A stretch of DNA of 64,000 bases from positions 1 through 64,000 of the forward strand of contig JBFWOR010000012.1 of assembly GCA_050250435.1 (NCBI GenBank), given 5' to 3'. Below, piece after piece: positions 1 to 9,841 of the stretch (positions are counted from its first letter, which is position 1; each line of letters opens with the position of its first letter). The DNA is from Pirellulales bacterium. Lineage in GTDB: Bacteria > Planctomycetota > Planctomycetia > Pirellulales > PALSA-1355. Under the pieces are notes generated by a model. The model was not told the origin of the DNA and did not search any database. It saw only the letters and a list, made by a program, of their open reading frames with translations. The translations under genes and the position numbers were made by a program.

Positions 1-500
1 CCATTACCGATACCGTGACGCAGGCCCAAGCCATGCAAAACTACACCGTCAACATCCCAGCCATCGTCGGCGCCAACACTGCCTACGTCGGCTTCACTGC
101 CGCCACCGGCGGTCGTACCGCCTTCCATAATGTACTCAACTGGGTCTACGCCACGGGTGTGGTCCCGCTAAATCTCGTGGCACCACAGGCATCTATCGCG
201 ACGACTGCATCTGTCGCAGTACCAACGGCCATGGCGTCTTCGCTAGTCGATAGCGGCGCCGCGTCTGGACAAACACTAGTACGCGAGTCGACAAACGCGG
301 TTCGCGTGCAAGGTGACGTTGTTAAGGCATCCCCAAGCACAGCGGTGTTTGCCAAGGTCGGCAGGCGGCTGCGAAGCGACAGCGATACGGAAGTCGTTCC
401 AATTGTCGACGAAGACTTGCTCGACTTGCTTACGGGCACAAACCGTCAGATCGCGATGGAGCGTCAGGTAAGGCCAAAGTTACGATTAAGTCTCCAATAG
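1..500 (+). CDS. 3' portion of a gene truncated by the window start, reading frame from nt 3. It encodes an L-type (legume-like) lectin domain C-terminus and is paralogous to the C-terminal lectin module of the giant protein at 47272-53133.
   Basis: The frame-3 translation ITDTVTQAQAMQNYTVNIPAIVGANTAYVGFTAATGG...VLNWVYATG aligns with VTITDTVTLATATQLYEVDIPAAVGGDTAYVGFTAGTGGFRAVQNVLNWVYTPG at 52000-52140. There is no in-frame stop before nt 1. Confidence 0.6.
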   Translation, partial: ITDTVTQAQAMQNYTVNIPAIVGANTAYVGFTAATGGRTAFHNVLNWVYATGVVPLNLVAPQASIATTASVAVPTAMASSLVDSGAASGQTLVRESTNAVRVQGDVVKASPSTAVFAKVGRRLRSDSDTEVVPIVDEDLLDLLTGTNRQIAMERQVRPKLRLSLQ

Positions 501-841
501 ACGTGGGTGAACCTCTGCGGAAGTGGCAGTTTCCGCAGCTAGCCGCACTGATGGCCCTTGGTCAGCTACTGCAATCTACCAGGCAGCACAGCTCGCTAGG
601 TTACAGACTCGCTCGGCGTTTGCCGCCGCGTGTGCTGTTTCCGCTCCGGCTGCTCCTGCGCTCCAGCAGCACACGCGAAGACAAGAAGAACCTTCAACCT
701 AACCCTTACCTTCAAAACCGGTGGTACAGAAAATCAACGCTGGTCACATGGTGGCGTGGTCTATGAATGAGGCGAGTAGGTGCGTGATTCGCGGATGTTT
801 TCACCCCCGATGAGCGGTATTGTTTTCGAGTCGATAGCGAC

Positions 842-1084
842 ATGGTGGACGCGCCGCGGATCGGCTGGTCGCCGGATGGCACGCGGCTGGCGATTGCAAC
901 GCGAGACAATTCGGTGGCGCTTTTCGACGGTCACTCGGGCGAGATGGACGGCGGGCTGGAGTCGATCATCTCAAATCTAGTTTTCCAAGCCGACGGACAG
1001 GAACTGGTCGTCTTCACCGGCGGCGCAGGCGGTCGCGGCCGGTGGCGCGTCTGGCGGGCGGACCGGCAGCTGTCCGCTCGCTGA
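842..1084 (+). pseudogene. WD40-repeat-like gene fragment (SPDGTRLAIATRDNSVALFDGHSG) with no credible start. Probably a decayed gene remnant.
   Basis: A single WD-repeat-like peptide lies in an 80-aa ORF. Overlapping short ORFs in other frames occupy 500-1130, and no coherent long ORF exists. Confidence 0.25.
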
Positions 1085-1131
1085 AGGCCGACGTTCGTCA
1101 CTTTTGCTGGACTAGTGGGCGGTTGCGCGTG

Positions 1132-1758
1132 ATGACAGACCGATCGAACCGTCTCGTCGTATGGACAATCCAACCCGCAACGGTCTGGGTGCTATTGCAC
1201 TCTGAGGGAACGCTCACCGTCGATCCGCGCTACTCAGGTAACCTGCATCATTGCTACGAGTGGCTCCGTGAGCGGTTGAGTCAGATGATTCCCGGGTACG
1301 CAGGTCACTATCCGTGGTGGGCCTATTGCAGCCGGCCAGATCTCCGTTCCGTCCGACACAATAAGCCCTGTGGCGAGCTGAATTACCTTATCGAGCTGTT
1401 AGTGCCGCGAGATTCCGTGATCCTCTCTCCGTCTTGGGCGTGGGAAGTCATTTACCAAGGCCAGTTTTTGTCGCCGACCCGCCGGGAAGCTAAGGACTGG
1501 GTCTGTCGCGGAAAAAAGGCCACTGCCGACTGGGAAGAGCGTTGGCCTCTTCCAGAACCGTGGATGTCCCAATTGCTGGCGAGTTGGGAGCGACTCTTTG
1601 ACCCGTCCTTGCCGAATTCAGGATGGTTGGAAACGTCGTTGACTTCGTATAGTGGGCGAGAGGCTGTCTTCGAGGTACTGGAGTTGTCGCAGGTCCGCCA
1701 GGTAATTGCATTCCACGGGAGCGATCCAAGAATGGGCATCCGGCGAGCGTCGTCATAA
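1132..1758 (+). CDS. Hypothetical protein, possibly DUF3841-like.
   Basis: 209-aa ORF from an internal ATG (MTDRSNRLVVWTIQP...). It is Trp-rich and has HYPWWAY and SPSWAWEV motifs. The family assignment is from memory only. Confidence 0.4.
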   Translation: MTDRSNRLVVWTIQPATVWVLLHSEGTLTVDPRYSGNLHHCYEWLRERLSQMIPGYAGHYPWWAYCSRPDLRSVRHNKPCGELNYLIELLVPRDSVILSPSWAWEVIYQGQFLSPTRREAKDWVCRGKKATADWEERWPLPEPWMSQLLASWERLFDPSLPNSGWLETSLTSYSGREAVFEVLELSQVRQVIAFHGSDPRMGIRRASS

Positions 1759-2368
1759 GCGCTCTCCAGGCCACTTTCCGGTGCAGACATGGTGGAAGGC
1801 AGGAGGCCCTCTACTATCGGAGATGCTCGAGAATCTCGAGCAGCGCTCCACGCAGATGCATCGGTGTGTTCGCCCACAAGCGGAGAAGTTGTTCCGCTTC
1901 ATGCGCGAGGGTAGGCCTCAAATCTGCACCGGATTCTGCAGCGCGCGAAACGTGGGGTTGGCCTAAGTTGCTTGCCGCACAAGGCCTTGCGTTTGTTGGT
2001 TCAAGTCCAACAGGGAGCACTATTTGAGTCGCATCACTTCGCACGCCGTCGAATTCCTCGGCAAATTCGCTGATCGGCGGTGCGGCTTGCTGGTCGTTGC
2101 GGGCCGTTGCGGCTGCTGACTGCACCGGATTCTGCAGCGCGCCAGTCGGCGCCTTCGCGGCCCGCTCAAAATGCTCGTCGGTCACGCGCAGGTAATTCTC
2201 ATTCGCCACCGACTGCGAATTGGGCAAAGCCCGCCTCACTCCACGCGACGATCACCCTAGCGAAACTCAGACACGCGCGGCTGGTTGTGGGTATACTGGT
2301 GGAGTTTTCGTCCGCCTTCCCCCGCCCGCCCGCCGGAGCGTCGACGCGTGTCGCACGACTCACGCACG

Positions 2369-4951
2369 ATGTTGCTTGTTAAGCGCACGGCGATGTTCGC
2401 CGCTTTGCTGATTCTGTTCATTGTCGGCCCCGCGGGTCCGGCCCGCGCCGTGGACTATGTGCGCGATATCCGTCCGATTCTCGCCGGCAAGTGCTTTGGG
2501 TGCCACGGCCCCGACGAGGAGGCGCGACAGGCGGGGCTGCGACTGGATGAGCGCGACGGTGCAATCACCCTGCTCGAAAGCGGCCACCCGGCGATCGTAC
2601 CGGGTAAACCGGATCAGAGTCAGCTGATTGTCCGCGTCGCGTCGAGCGATCCGCAATTCGCAATGCCACCGGGCGAGACGGGCAAACGGCTTTCGCCCCA
2701 GGAAGTCGCCACGCTTCGCGAGTGGATTTCCGCCGAGGCGCCCTACGCCAGGCACTGGGCGTACGTGACACCCGTGCGTCCTCCGCTGCCCACGGTGAGC
2801 CACAGGAACTGGCCGCGCGGAGCCATCGATCACTTCGTGCTGGCGCGGCTTGAATCCGAAGGGCTAGAGCCCTCGCCGCCAGCCGATCGCGCCACGCTCA
2901 TCCGGCGCGTGTCGCTTGATTTGACCGGCCTGCCACCCACGGGCGCCGAAGTGCAGGATTTCGTGCTCGATTCGCGCGCCGAAGCGTATGCCGAACTCGT
3001 CGACCGACTGCTGGCCAAGAGTGCCTACGGAGAGCGCTGGGCAGCGATGTGGCTCGACCTGGCGCGCTATGCCGATTCGCAGGGCTATGCACCGGACGGC
3101 CCGCGCACCATCTGGCGGTGGCGCGACTGGGTGATTTCCGCGCTCAACGCCAACATGCCGTACGATCAATTCACGATCGAGCAATTGGCGGGTGACCTGA
3201 TGGGCGAGCCGACCGCGATGCAAATCGCAGCGACCGGCTTTCATCGCAATACCCAGCTCAATACCGAAGGGGGCGTGAACCTGGAGGAATTTCGCCATGC
3301 CGCAGTCGTCGACCGCGTGAACACGACTTTTGCGGTCTGGATGGGCACCACGATGGCGTGCGCTCAGTGCCACCATCACAAGTACGACCCCTTCAGCCAG
3401 CGCGACTACTATCAGGTTTTCTCGATTTTCAACAACACCGACGACTTCAATACCGACCATCCCGTGCAGGAGATTCCGCGCGTCGGAGAGGACCTGGGAT
3501 TCGCGCAAATCAAGAGCGAGCTGTTGGCGATTCAAGCACAGTGGGACGAGCAAACCAAGGCGCGCGATGCCTTGCAAGGGGAATGGGAGAAGCAGGCGAC
3601 GGCAAATCAGGCGACTGCGAATCCGTCAACGGCAAATCCGTCGACCGCAAACCCGTCAACGGGCGGGGCGGGCAGCGAAAAGCCTGCCGCTGGCAACGAC
3701 ATGGCGGTGACGCAACCGAAAGAAATCGCCGACATCCTGGCCGTGGCCGCCGACAAGCGCGACAAGAACCAGCAGGATAAACTGCAGGCCTATCATCGCG
3801 GTCTGTCCGACGAATGGAAGGCGCTCGACGAGCGGCTCGCCGCGCTCAAACGCGAGTTTGATGACGTGAGCACCACGGTGCCCGTCATGCGCGACGGCAC
3901 GCCGCGGCCGACATATATCTATGTGCGCGGCGAATATCAAAGTCCCGGCAAGCCCGTAAATCCTGGCGTGCCGGCAGCACTGCACCCTATTCCGGCCGGC
4001 GCGCCGAGCAATCGTCTGGGCCTGGCGCGGTGGCTGGTCGACGCCAACAACCCGCTGGCGGCTCGGGTGGCCGTGAATCGTCTGTGGCAAGAGTTGTTCG
4101 GCACGGGCATTGTCGAGACGGCCGAAGAATTCGGCACGCAGGGAGAGCCGCCGTCGCATCCCGAGCTGTTGGATTATCTGGCCGTTGAGTATCGTGAAAG
4201 CGGCTGGGACACCAAGCACATTTTGCGGCTGATCGTCAACTCGGCCACGTATCAGCAAGCGGCAGCCGTGAGCCCTGCGTTGGCGCAGCGCGATCCCAAA
4301 AACCGGCTCCTGGCCCGCGGACCGCGCGTGCGCCTGGGCGCGGAGATGTTGCGCGATCAAGCGCTCGCAGTTTCCGGACTGCTGAGTGCCAAGATGTACG
4401 GCCCTCCGGTCCAGCCGGTGCAGCCGTCGCTTGGATTGGCGGCGGCGTTTGGATCGAGCACCGACTGGAACACGAGCGAAGGCGAAGACCGGCACCGCCG
4501 AGCGATCTACACACGCTGGCGGCGCAATTTGCCCTATCCTTCGATGATCGCATTTGACGCTCCCGAGCGCAACGTCTGCGCTATGCGTCGGATGCGCAGC
4601 AACACGCCGCTGCAGGCGCTGGTGACGCTCAACGATCCAGTGTTCGTCGAGTGCGCTCAAGGACTGGCGCGGCGCATCGTGCGCGAAGGGGGCAGCGACG
4701 TTACGGCCCGCGCAGGCTGGGCCCTGACGCAGGCCGTTGGCCGGCGGCCGACCAATGGCGAGGCGGAGCGACTGGCCGAGTTGTACGCCCAAGCGCGCCG
4801 GGAGCTCGAAGCCGATCCGGCCAAGGCTGAGGCGCTCTCGACCAAGCCGCTGGGCCCATTGCCCGACGGAATGAGTCCTCTCGATGCGGCTGCCTGGACC
4901 GTGGTAGCCAATGTGGTGCTCAATCTTGACGAGACGCTGACAAAACCATGA
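2369..4951 (+). CDS. Planctomycete cytochrome-c-domain protein (PSCyt1/PSCyt2/PSD1; DUF1549/DUF1553 family), secreted.
   Basis: N-terminal signal peptide (MLLVKRTAMFAALLILFIVGPAGPARA). Two CxxCH heme motifs (CFGCHGPDE, CAQCHHHKYDP). A family-typical DUF1553 C-terminus. The stop overlaps the next start as ATGA. Confidence 0.85.
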   Translation: MLLVKRTAMFAALLILFIVGPAGPARAVDYVRDIRPILAGKCFGCHGPDEEARQAGLRLDERDGAITLLESGHPAIVPGKPDQSQLIVRVASSDPQFAMPPGETGKRLSPQEVATLREWISAEAPYARHWAYVTPVRPPLPTVSHRNWPRGAIDHFVLARLESEGLEPSPPADRATLIRRVSLDLTGLPPTGAEVQDFVLDSRAEAYAELVDRLLAKSAYGERWAAMWLDLARYADSQGYAPDGPRTIWRWRDWVISALNANMPYDQFTIEQLAGDLMGEPTAMQIAATGFHRNTQLNTEGGVNLEEFRHAAVVDRVNTTFAVWMGTTMACAQCHHHKYDPFSQRDYYQVFSIFNNTDDFNTDHPVQEIPRVGEDLGFAQIKSELLAIQAQWDEQTKARDALQGEWEKQATANQATANPSTANPSTANPSTGGAGSEKPAAGNDMAVTQPKEIADILAVAADKRDKNQQDKLQAYHRGLSDEWKALDERLAALKREFDDVSTTVPVMRDGTPRPTYIYVRGEYQSPGKPVNPGVPAALHPIPAGAPSNRLGLARWLVDANNPLAARVAVNRLWQELFGTGIVETAEEFGTQGEPPSHPELLDYLAVEYRESGWDTKHILRLIVNSATYQQAAAVSPALAQRDPKNRLLARGPRVRLGAEMLRDQALAVSGLLSAKMYGPPVQPVQPSLGLAAAFGSSTDWNTSEGEDRHRRAIYTRWRRNLPYPSMIAFDAPERNVCAMRRMRSNTPLQALVTLNDPVFVECAQGLARRIVREGGSDVTARAGWALTQAVGRRPTNGEAERLAELYAQARRELEADPAKAEALSTKPLGPLPDGMSPLDAAAWTVVANVVLNLDETLTKP
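3599..3658 (+). repeat. Four tandem 15-bp units (acggcaaatccgtcg-like) encoding the low-complexity linker ATANQATANPSTANPSTANPST inside the PSD1 gene.
   Basis: Direct inspection shows units at 3599-3613, 3614-3628, 3629-3643 and 3644-3658. Confidence 0.6.
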
Positions 4952-6414
4952 AACACTCTGCCCCAGCGTCGCAGTTCGAGCGCTTGTTGCTGCAAACGCG
5001 CCGGCATTTCCTGCGCGATACGGCGTTGGGCCTGGGCGCGACGGCACTTGCCCAACTGGAGCAACCAGCCGCCGCGGCCGGCTTGCCGGTCGTCGATCCG
5101 TTCCTTCCCAGGCAGCCCCATTTCGCCCCGCGCGCGAAGAGCGTGATCTATCTGTCGATGTCGGGCGGGCCACCGCATCTCGACTTGTTCGACTATAAAC
5201 CGGAGTTGGTGCGCCGCGATGGCGAGGATTGCCCCGAGTCGCTCACCAAGGGCAAGCAGTTCGCCTTCACCAGCGGCACACCCAAGTTGCTGGGCACGCG
5301 GCAAAAGTTCGCACAGCATGGGGAAAGTGGCGCCTGGATGTCGCAGGCGCTGCCGAATCTGGCCGCCGTGGCCGACGACCTGACCATCATCAAGTCAGTT
5401 TGGACGGAGCAATTCAATCACGGCCCTGCTGAGCTATTGCTCTATACCGGCTTCCCCCGCGCGCAAGATCGAGCGTCTATGGGCTCCTGGGTCACGTACG
5501 GCCTGGGATCCGACAGCCGCGATCTACCGGGTTACATTGTGTTCGTCTCGGGCAGATCGTTACCGAGTGCCGGCAAGGCGGCTTGGGGCAGTGGATTTCT
5601 GCCGTCGGTGTACCAGGGCGTGCAATGCCGCACCGGCGGTGATCCGGTGCTGTACCTTTCCAACCCCGAGGGGATGGACCGAGCTCTGCGGCGCTTGAGT
5701 GTGGATGCGGTGAACGATTTGAATCGGATCGAATTGCAAAAGCTCGGCCAGCCGGAAACCGCCACACGAATGGCGCAATATGAACTGGCGTTTCGCATGC
5801 AGACCATCGTGCCCGAGACGATGGACATCTCGAACGAGCCCGCGCATACGCTGGCGGATTATGGTGCCGAGCCGGGGGCGGCGACCTTTGCCAACAATTG
5901 TTTGCTCGCCCGCCGACTCGTCGAGCGCGGCGTGCGATTCGTGCAATTGTTCGACTGGGGGTGGGATTTCCACGGCACGAACGCGGGCGAGGAAATCGAG
6001 GCCGGTTTGGTGAACCGCACGAAGTCGATGGACAAGCCGGTCGCGGCGCTGATTCGTGATCTCAAGCGGTGCGGCCTGCTCGACGAGACTCTGGTGGTGT
6101 GGTCGGGCGAATTCGGTCGCACGCCGTTTCGAGAAGGGCGCACCAAAGACGGCAAATTCCTGGGCCGTGACCATCACCCGTTTTCCAACACCATCTTTAT
6201 GGCCGGTGCCGGACTGAAACCGGGCATTAGCTACGGCGCGACCGACGAACTCGGTTGGGCGCCGGTCGAAAAGCCCGTCCACCCGCACGACCTGCAAGCC
6301 ACCATTCTGCACCTCCTGGGATTGGACCACACTCAACTAACGTACCGCTTCCAGGGGCGCGATTTCCGTTTGACCGATGTCCGCGGACAAGTGATCCACG
6401 ACATTCTGGCTTGA
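4948..6414 (+). CDS. DUF1501 (sulfatase-like) family protein with a Tat signal.
   Basis: RRHFLRDTALGLGATALA twin-arginine signal. Typical DUF1501 blocks (SGGPPHLDLFDYKP, DHHP). It is translationally coupled to the upstream PSD1 gene. Confidence 0.85.
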   Translation: MKHSAPASQFERLLLQTRRHFLRDTALGLGATALAQLEQPAAAAGLPVVDPFLPRQPHFAPRAKSVIYLSMSGGPPHLDLFDYKPELVRRDGEDCPESLTKGKQFAFTSGTPKLLGTRQKFAQHGESGAWMSQALPNLAAVADDLTIIKSVWTEQFNHGPAELLLYTGFPRAQDRASMGSWVTYGLGSDSRDLPGYIVFVSGRSLPSAGKAAWGSGFLPSVYQGVQCRTGGDPVLYLSNPEGMDRALRRLSVDAVNDLNRIELQKLGQPETATRMAQYELAFRMQTIVPETMDISNEPAHTLADYGAEPGAATFANNCLLARRLVERGVRFVQLFDWGWDFHGTNAGEEIEAGLVNRTKSMDKPVAALIRDLKRCGLLDETLVVWSGEFGRTPFREGRTKDGKFLGRDHHPFSNTIFMAGAGLKPGISYGATDELGWAPVEKPVHPHDLQATILHLLGLDHTQLTYRFQGRDFRLTDVRGQVIHDILA

Positions 6415-6595
6415 CCGTAGCGCAGGCGTCGTTCGATCTCAGGTAGCTTATCGAGTCGCGTTGCCGAACGCGGCGTGCGCGGCCGGGTACGGCTGTGGCG
6501 TGCGGGTGCAGTGCCAACTCGCCCAGAGAAACCTGCGAAAGACTCGCTGCCGCAGCTGGTCAACCGGCGACACAGCAACCCCGAGCGGTCGCGGG

Positions 6596-6820
6596 TCACT
6601 GCATCGTGACTTGGGGCGGCGTCAAGGCCGCGGCCCGCTCGGCCGCGAGCGCGTCTGGATATGTGCGGAATCCGTTGGCTGCGTGATCCGCCGCGGTCGG
6701 ACAGGCTCCGTTCGAGCAAGCGCCTGGCCAGCAATCGCTGATGGGGCGGCCATCGCAGCAGCAGCCGGCCACGACACTAATCAGCGCCCAGACGATCAAT
6801 AGGATCCGTGTAGTCTTCAT
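6596..6820 (-). CDS. Small secreted Cys-rich protein, putative lipoprotein (lipobox-like VAGC), 74 aa.
   Basis: Strong SD AAGGAGGTG lies 7 nt upstream of the ATG on the minus strand. A hydrophobic N-terminus MKTTRILLIVWALISVVAGCCC is followed by 7 further Cys residues. Confidence 0.45.
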   Translation of the reverse strand: MKTTRILLIVWALISVVAGCCCDGRPISDCWPGACSNGACPTAADHAANGFRTYPDALAAERAAALTPPQVTMQ

Positions 6821-7073
6821 GGCACACCTCCTTGCCTCCCAAGGGCATTTCGTGCATGGGGGAAGCGGCGGCCGGTGGGGGACATCGGCTGGTATCCTGC
6901 TCCCCCGTTATTTGTTATCGGCCGATGGGGAGGGGCTCGATTGGCGAAAGCGCTCGGGCGGACCAGGCAAGGGCCAAGGCGGCGCAGGCTGCGCGGAGCA
7001 ACGTTGCGAGGCCTTCCGAATTCCGCGGTAATCTCGTCGCGGGCAAGCGTGCCCGTCGATTTACCAAGGAGGA

Positions 7074-8423
7074 CTAGGTTTTACTCTCCGGCCGACGGTC
7101 GTCGTGCGATTTCCATTCTTTCTGCAAGATGAGCCGCGCGCCGCGATGGAACCACAGGTAGTACCAGGCCCATTGCAGTACGACGAGCAGCCGATTCTTG
7201 AAGCCGGTGAGATAATAGATGTGCACGATGAGCCACAAGAGCCACGCCAGGAAGCCGCCGAAGGAGTGACGACCGAATTGGGCGATGGCGCGGCTGCGGC
7301 CGATCGTGGCCAGCTGTCCTTTGTCGACAAACTCGAACGGCCGGCGCGGTTTGCCGGCCAGGTCACCGCGGATCGTGCGCGCCACGTAGCGGCCCTGTTG
7401 CATGGCCACCGGCGCCGTGCCCGGCAGCAGTTTGCCCTGCGGGTCGCGGCAGGCCGCCATGTCACCCGCGACAAACACCAGCGGAAAGCCGGGCGCGGTC
7501 AGATCAGGCTCGACAAGCACGCGGCCGCTGCGATCGACCGGCAGCCCGGCGTCCTGGCCGATGCGCGAGGCTTCGACACCGGCGGCCCAGAGCACGGTTG
7601 CGGCCTCGATGCGCTCGTTGCCCACTTGGACCCCGCGCGCATCCACGCCGGTGACCGCGCGGCCGACAAGCACTTGCACGCCCAGCCGCTCCAGGTCGCG
7701 CTGGGCGCGGGCGGCCAGCTTTTCGCGGAATGAAGGGAGAATGCGCGGGCCGGCTTCGAGCAGCAGAACGTGCGCGGAGGTTGGATCGATGTTGCGAAAG
7801 TCCTTGGCCAGCGTGAAGCGGCTCATTTCGGCCATGGCGCCGGCCAGTTCGACGCCGGTGGGCCCGCCGCCGACGACGACAAAGGTCAAGTAGCGCGCGC
7901 GATCTGCCGTCGAGTCGCTGCGCTCCGCGGTTTCATAAGCCGTGAGCACGCGGCGGCGAATTTCGGTGGCCTGCTCGAGCGTCTTCAGGCCCGGAGCGTA
8001 TTCTTCCCAGTCATCGTGCCCGAAGTAGCTGTGCGTTGAGCCGCAGGCCAGCAAAAGGTAGTCGAAAGCGATCTGCGAAAAATCGGTGCCGGCCAACTTC
8101 TGGGCCAGGTTGACGGACTTCAATTCAGCCTGCAGCACGTGGACGTTGCCAGAGCGGGACAAGAGGCTGCGAATCGGCTGCGCAATGTTGGCGGGGCTGA
8201 GGCCGGCCATCGCCACCTGGTAGAGCAGCGGCTGAAACAAATGATGGTTCGTGGCATCCAACAGCGTGACGCGAACATCGGCCACGCCGGCCAGGCCCTT
8301 GGCCGCATTGAGCCCCGCGAAGCCTGCTCCTGCGATCAGGACGTGTGGCACAAGCGTGTTTCCCGAGTGCGCGATGTGCCGCGTGCGTGATTTTGGCTTC
8401 GCAAGCGGCGGAAGCCGCGGCAT
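7074..8423 (-). CDS. Type II NADH dehydrogenase-like FAD/NAD(P)-binding oxidoreductase (NDH-2 family).
   Basis: Rossmann motif IAGAGFAGL near the N-terminus, a second dinucleotide site VVVGGGPTGVELAGA and a C-terminal hydrophobic segment. 449 aa. Confidence 0.8.
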   Translation of the reverse strand: MPRLPPLAKPKSRTRHIAHSGNTLVPHVLIAGAGFAGLNAAKGLAGVADVRVTLLDATNHHLFQPLLYQVAMAGLSPANIAQPIRSLLSRSGNVHVLQAELKSVNLAQKLAGTDFSQIAFDYLLLACGSTHSYFGHDDWEEYAPGLKTLEQATEIRRRVLTAYETAERSDSTADRARYLTFVVVGGGPTGVELAGAMAEMSRFTLAKDFRNIDPTSAHVLLLEAGPRILPSFREKLAARAQRDLERLGVQVLVGRAVTGVDARGVQVGNERIEAATVLWAAGVEASRIGQDAGLPVDRSGRVLVEPDLTAPGFPLVFVAGDMAACRDPQGKLLPGTAPVAMQQGRYVARTIRGDLAGKPRRPFEFVDKGQLATIGRSRAIAQFGRHSFGGFLAWLLWLIVHIYYLTGFKNRLLVVLQWAWYYLWFHRGARLILQKEWKSHDDRRPESKT

Positions 8424-8511
8424 TCCGTGCCGCGCATCTGCACGCCAGTCTATCTGTCACGATTGCCGTTGCAAACGCCGGCGCGACAGCGCGGCGAAGC
8501 CCAGGGCCGCG

Positions 8512-9348
8512 TCAGGGCTTCACGGCATAGACCTTCACGCTCGCCGCGTAGTCGTTGATGTTGTACTTCTTCATCAGGTCGAAAAGCTGGACCTGCACAT
8601 CCTGTCCGTCGTTCGAGCAGCACGCAGAGCTGGGTGGACAGCACGTCGATTGCTGCTCTACGTTCTTGCTGTAGACATTCAAGTCGGCCTGGCTGTCGAT
8701 GATTTCGACGTGCGCGAAACCGGCGGCACGCAAGCCCTGGCGATACTCTTCGATGGGAATGGTGCCCGCGATGCAGGCGACATAGGCCAGCAGGTTCTGG
8801 CCGATCTCGGGGGGGAGCTCGCGCTTCAGGGCGATATCGCTCACGGCCAATCGGCCGCCGGGCTTGAGCACGCGGGCGATCTCGCGGAAGACGGCGTGCT
8901 TGTCGGGAGCGAGATTGATGACGCAATTGCTGATCACGCAATCGACGGATGCGTCGGGCAAGGGGATCTGGTCGATCGTCGACTCGTAGAATTCGACGTT
9001 CGTCAATCCGGCCCTGGCTGCGTTGGTGCGCGCCAAGGCGAGCATTTCGGGCGTCATGTCGATGCCGATGGCCTTGCCGGTCAGTCCGACCTTGGCGGCA
9101 GCCAGGAACACATCGAGTCCGCCGCCCGAGCCGAGATCGACGACGGTTTCGCCCTCGCGAATGCTGGCGAAGGCGGTGGGGTTGCCGCAAGAGAGCCCCA
9201 TGTTGGCTTCCGCGGGGATCGAAGCCAGTTGGTCGGCGGAATATCCGAACGCCTCGGCGATGGCTTTCACGCCTTCGTGTTCGGTCGACAGGCCTTGGGT
9301 GGCGATTTCGCCGTAGCGGTTTTGCACGATCTTTTCGATCGAGGACAT
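8512..9348 (-). CDS. arsM: Arsenite S-adenosylmethionine methyltransferase.
   Basis: SAM-binding motif [11 protein letters not shown] and the conserved ArsM cysteines (CGNP, CVISNCV, CIAG). Start set at the internal [11 protein letters not shown] (9348). There is a Cys-rich C-terminal tail. Confidence 0.8.
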   Translation of the reverse strand: MSSIEKIVQNRYGEIATQGLSTEHEGVKAIAEAFGYSADQLASIPAEANMGLSCGNPTAFASIREGETVVDLGSGGGLDVFLAAAKVGLTGKAIGIDMTPEMLALARTNAARAGLTNVEFYESTIDQIPLPDASVDCVISNCVINLAPDKHAVFREIARVLKPGGRLAVSDIALKRELPPEIGQNLLAYVACIAGTIPIEEYRQGLRAAGFAHVEIIDSQADLNVYSKNVEQQSTCCPPSSACCSNDGQDVQVQLFDLMKKYNINDYAASVKVYAVKP

Positions 9349-9493
9349 GGTGGGCGCTCCGTGATGGGGATGATGGTCGGGCCGTCGCGGGACGGACGCT
9401 GAACGAAAGGTGTGGGTTACGGTTTGAGTTGGCGGCGATACATACGCATGAACGAATATATTGGCGCAAAAATTTTTCAGTTGCAATATGTTT

Positions 9494-9841
9494 TCAGTCG
9501 CAACAGAGTCGCTTTCGCCCGAGCTCCTCGTCATCCTGCAAGAGCTCCGGCATGCCTTCGCAGCAGCAGCCGAGACAATCGATCAGCTTACGGTGCAGCT
9601 TGGTTCGCGCGGGGGCGAGCTTGTAGTAGCTCCAACGTCCCTCTTTGCGCGCGCGCACCAGGCCGACTTTTCGCAGATAGGCCAGGTGCCGCGACGCCTT
9701 CGGTTGCGGGACACCCAGCACGTCCACGATGTGGCAGACGCACAGCTCACCGCCGAGCAGCATGTGCAGAATGCGCAGCCGGGTGCGATCCGAGAAGGCC
9801 CGGAACAGTCGGTCAACGCGTTGGCGGGTGGCGGTTTTCAT
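9494..9841 (-). CDS. arsR: ArsR/SmtB family As(III)-responsive repressor.
   Basis: Canonical ELCVCHIVD metal-binding motif within the HTH region. It lies directly upstream of arsM on the same strand. Confidence 0.85.
   Translation of the reverse strand: MKTATRQRVDRLFRAFSDRTRLRILHMLLGGELCVCHIVDVLGVPQPKASRHLAYLRKVGLVRARKEGRWSYYKLAPARTKLHRKLIDCLGCCCEGMPELLQDDEELGRKRLCCD

Noticed and set aside
1951-2023. Possible tRNA gene (T-arm GTTGGTTCAAGTCCAAC plus acceptor 3' end).
   Set aside because: No complementary 5' acceptor strand or anticodon arm could be folded on either strand. It is treated as a tRNA 3'-fragment (possible att remnant).
3656-5173. Long antisense ORFs opposite annotated genes: 3656-5173 (-), 5560-6336 (-), 13829-15310 (-), 17261-18754 (-), 18833-20200 (-), 20828-22372 (-), 23366-25588 (-), 48112-50805 (-), 50857-52938 (-), 55714-57810 (+), 25972-27021 (+), 28075-29205 (+).
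   Set aside because: They are Arg/Ala/Gly-rich, low-complexity shadow ORFs, typical of the opposite strand of high-GC genes. Each overlaps a gene with clear family signatures on the other strand.
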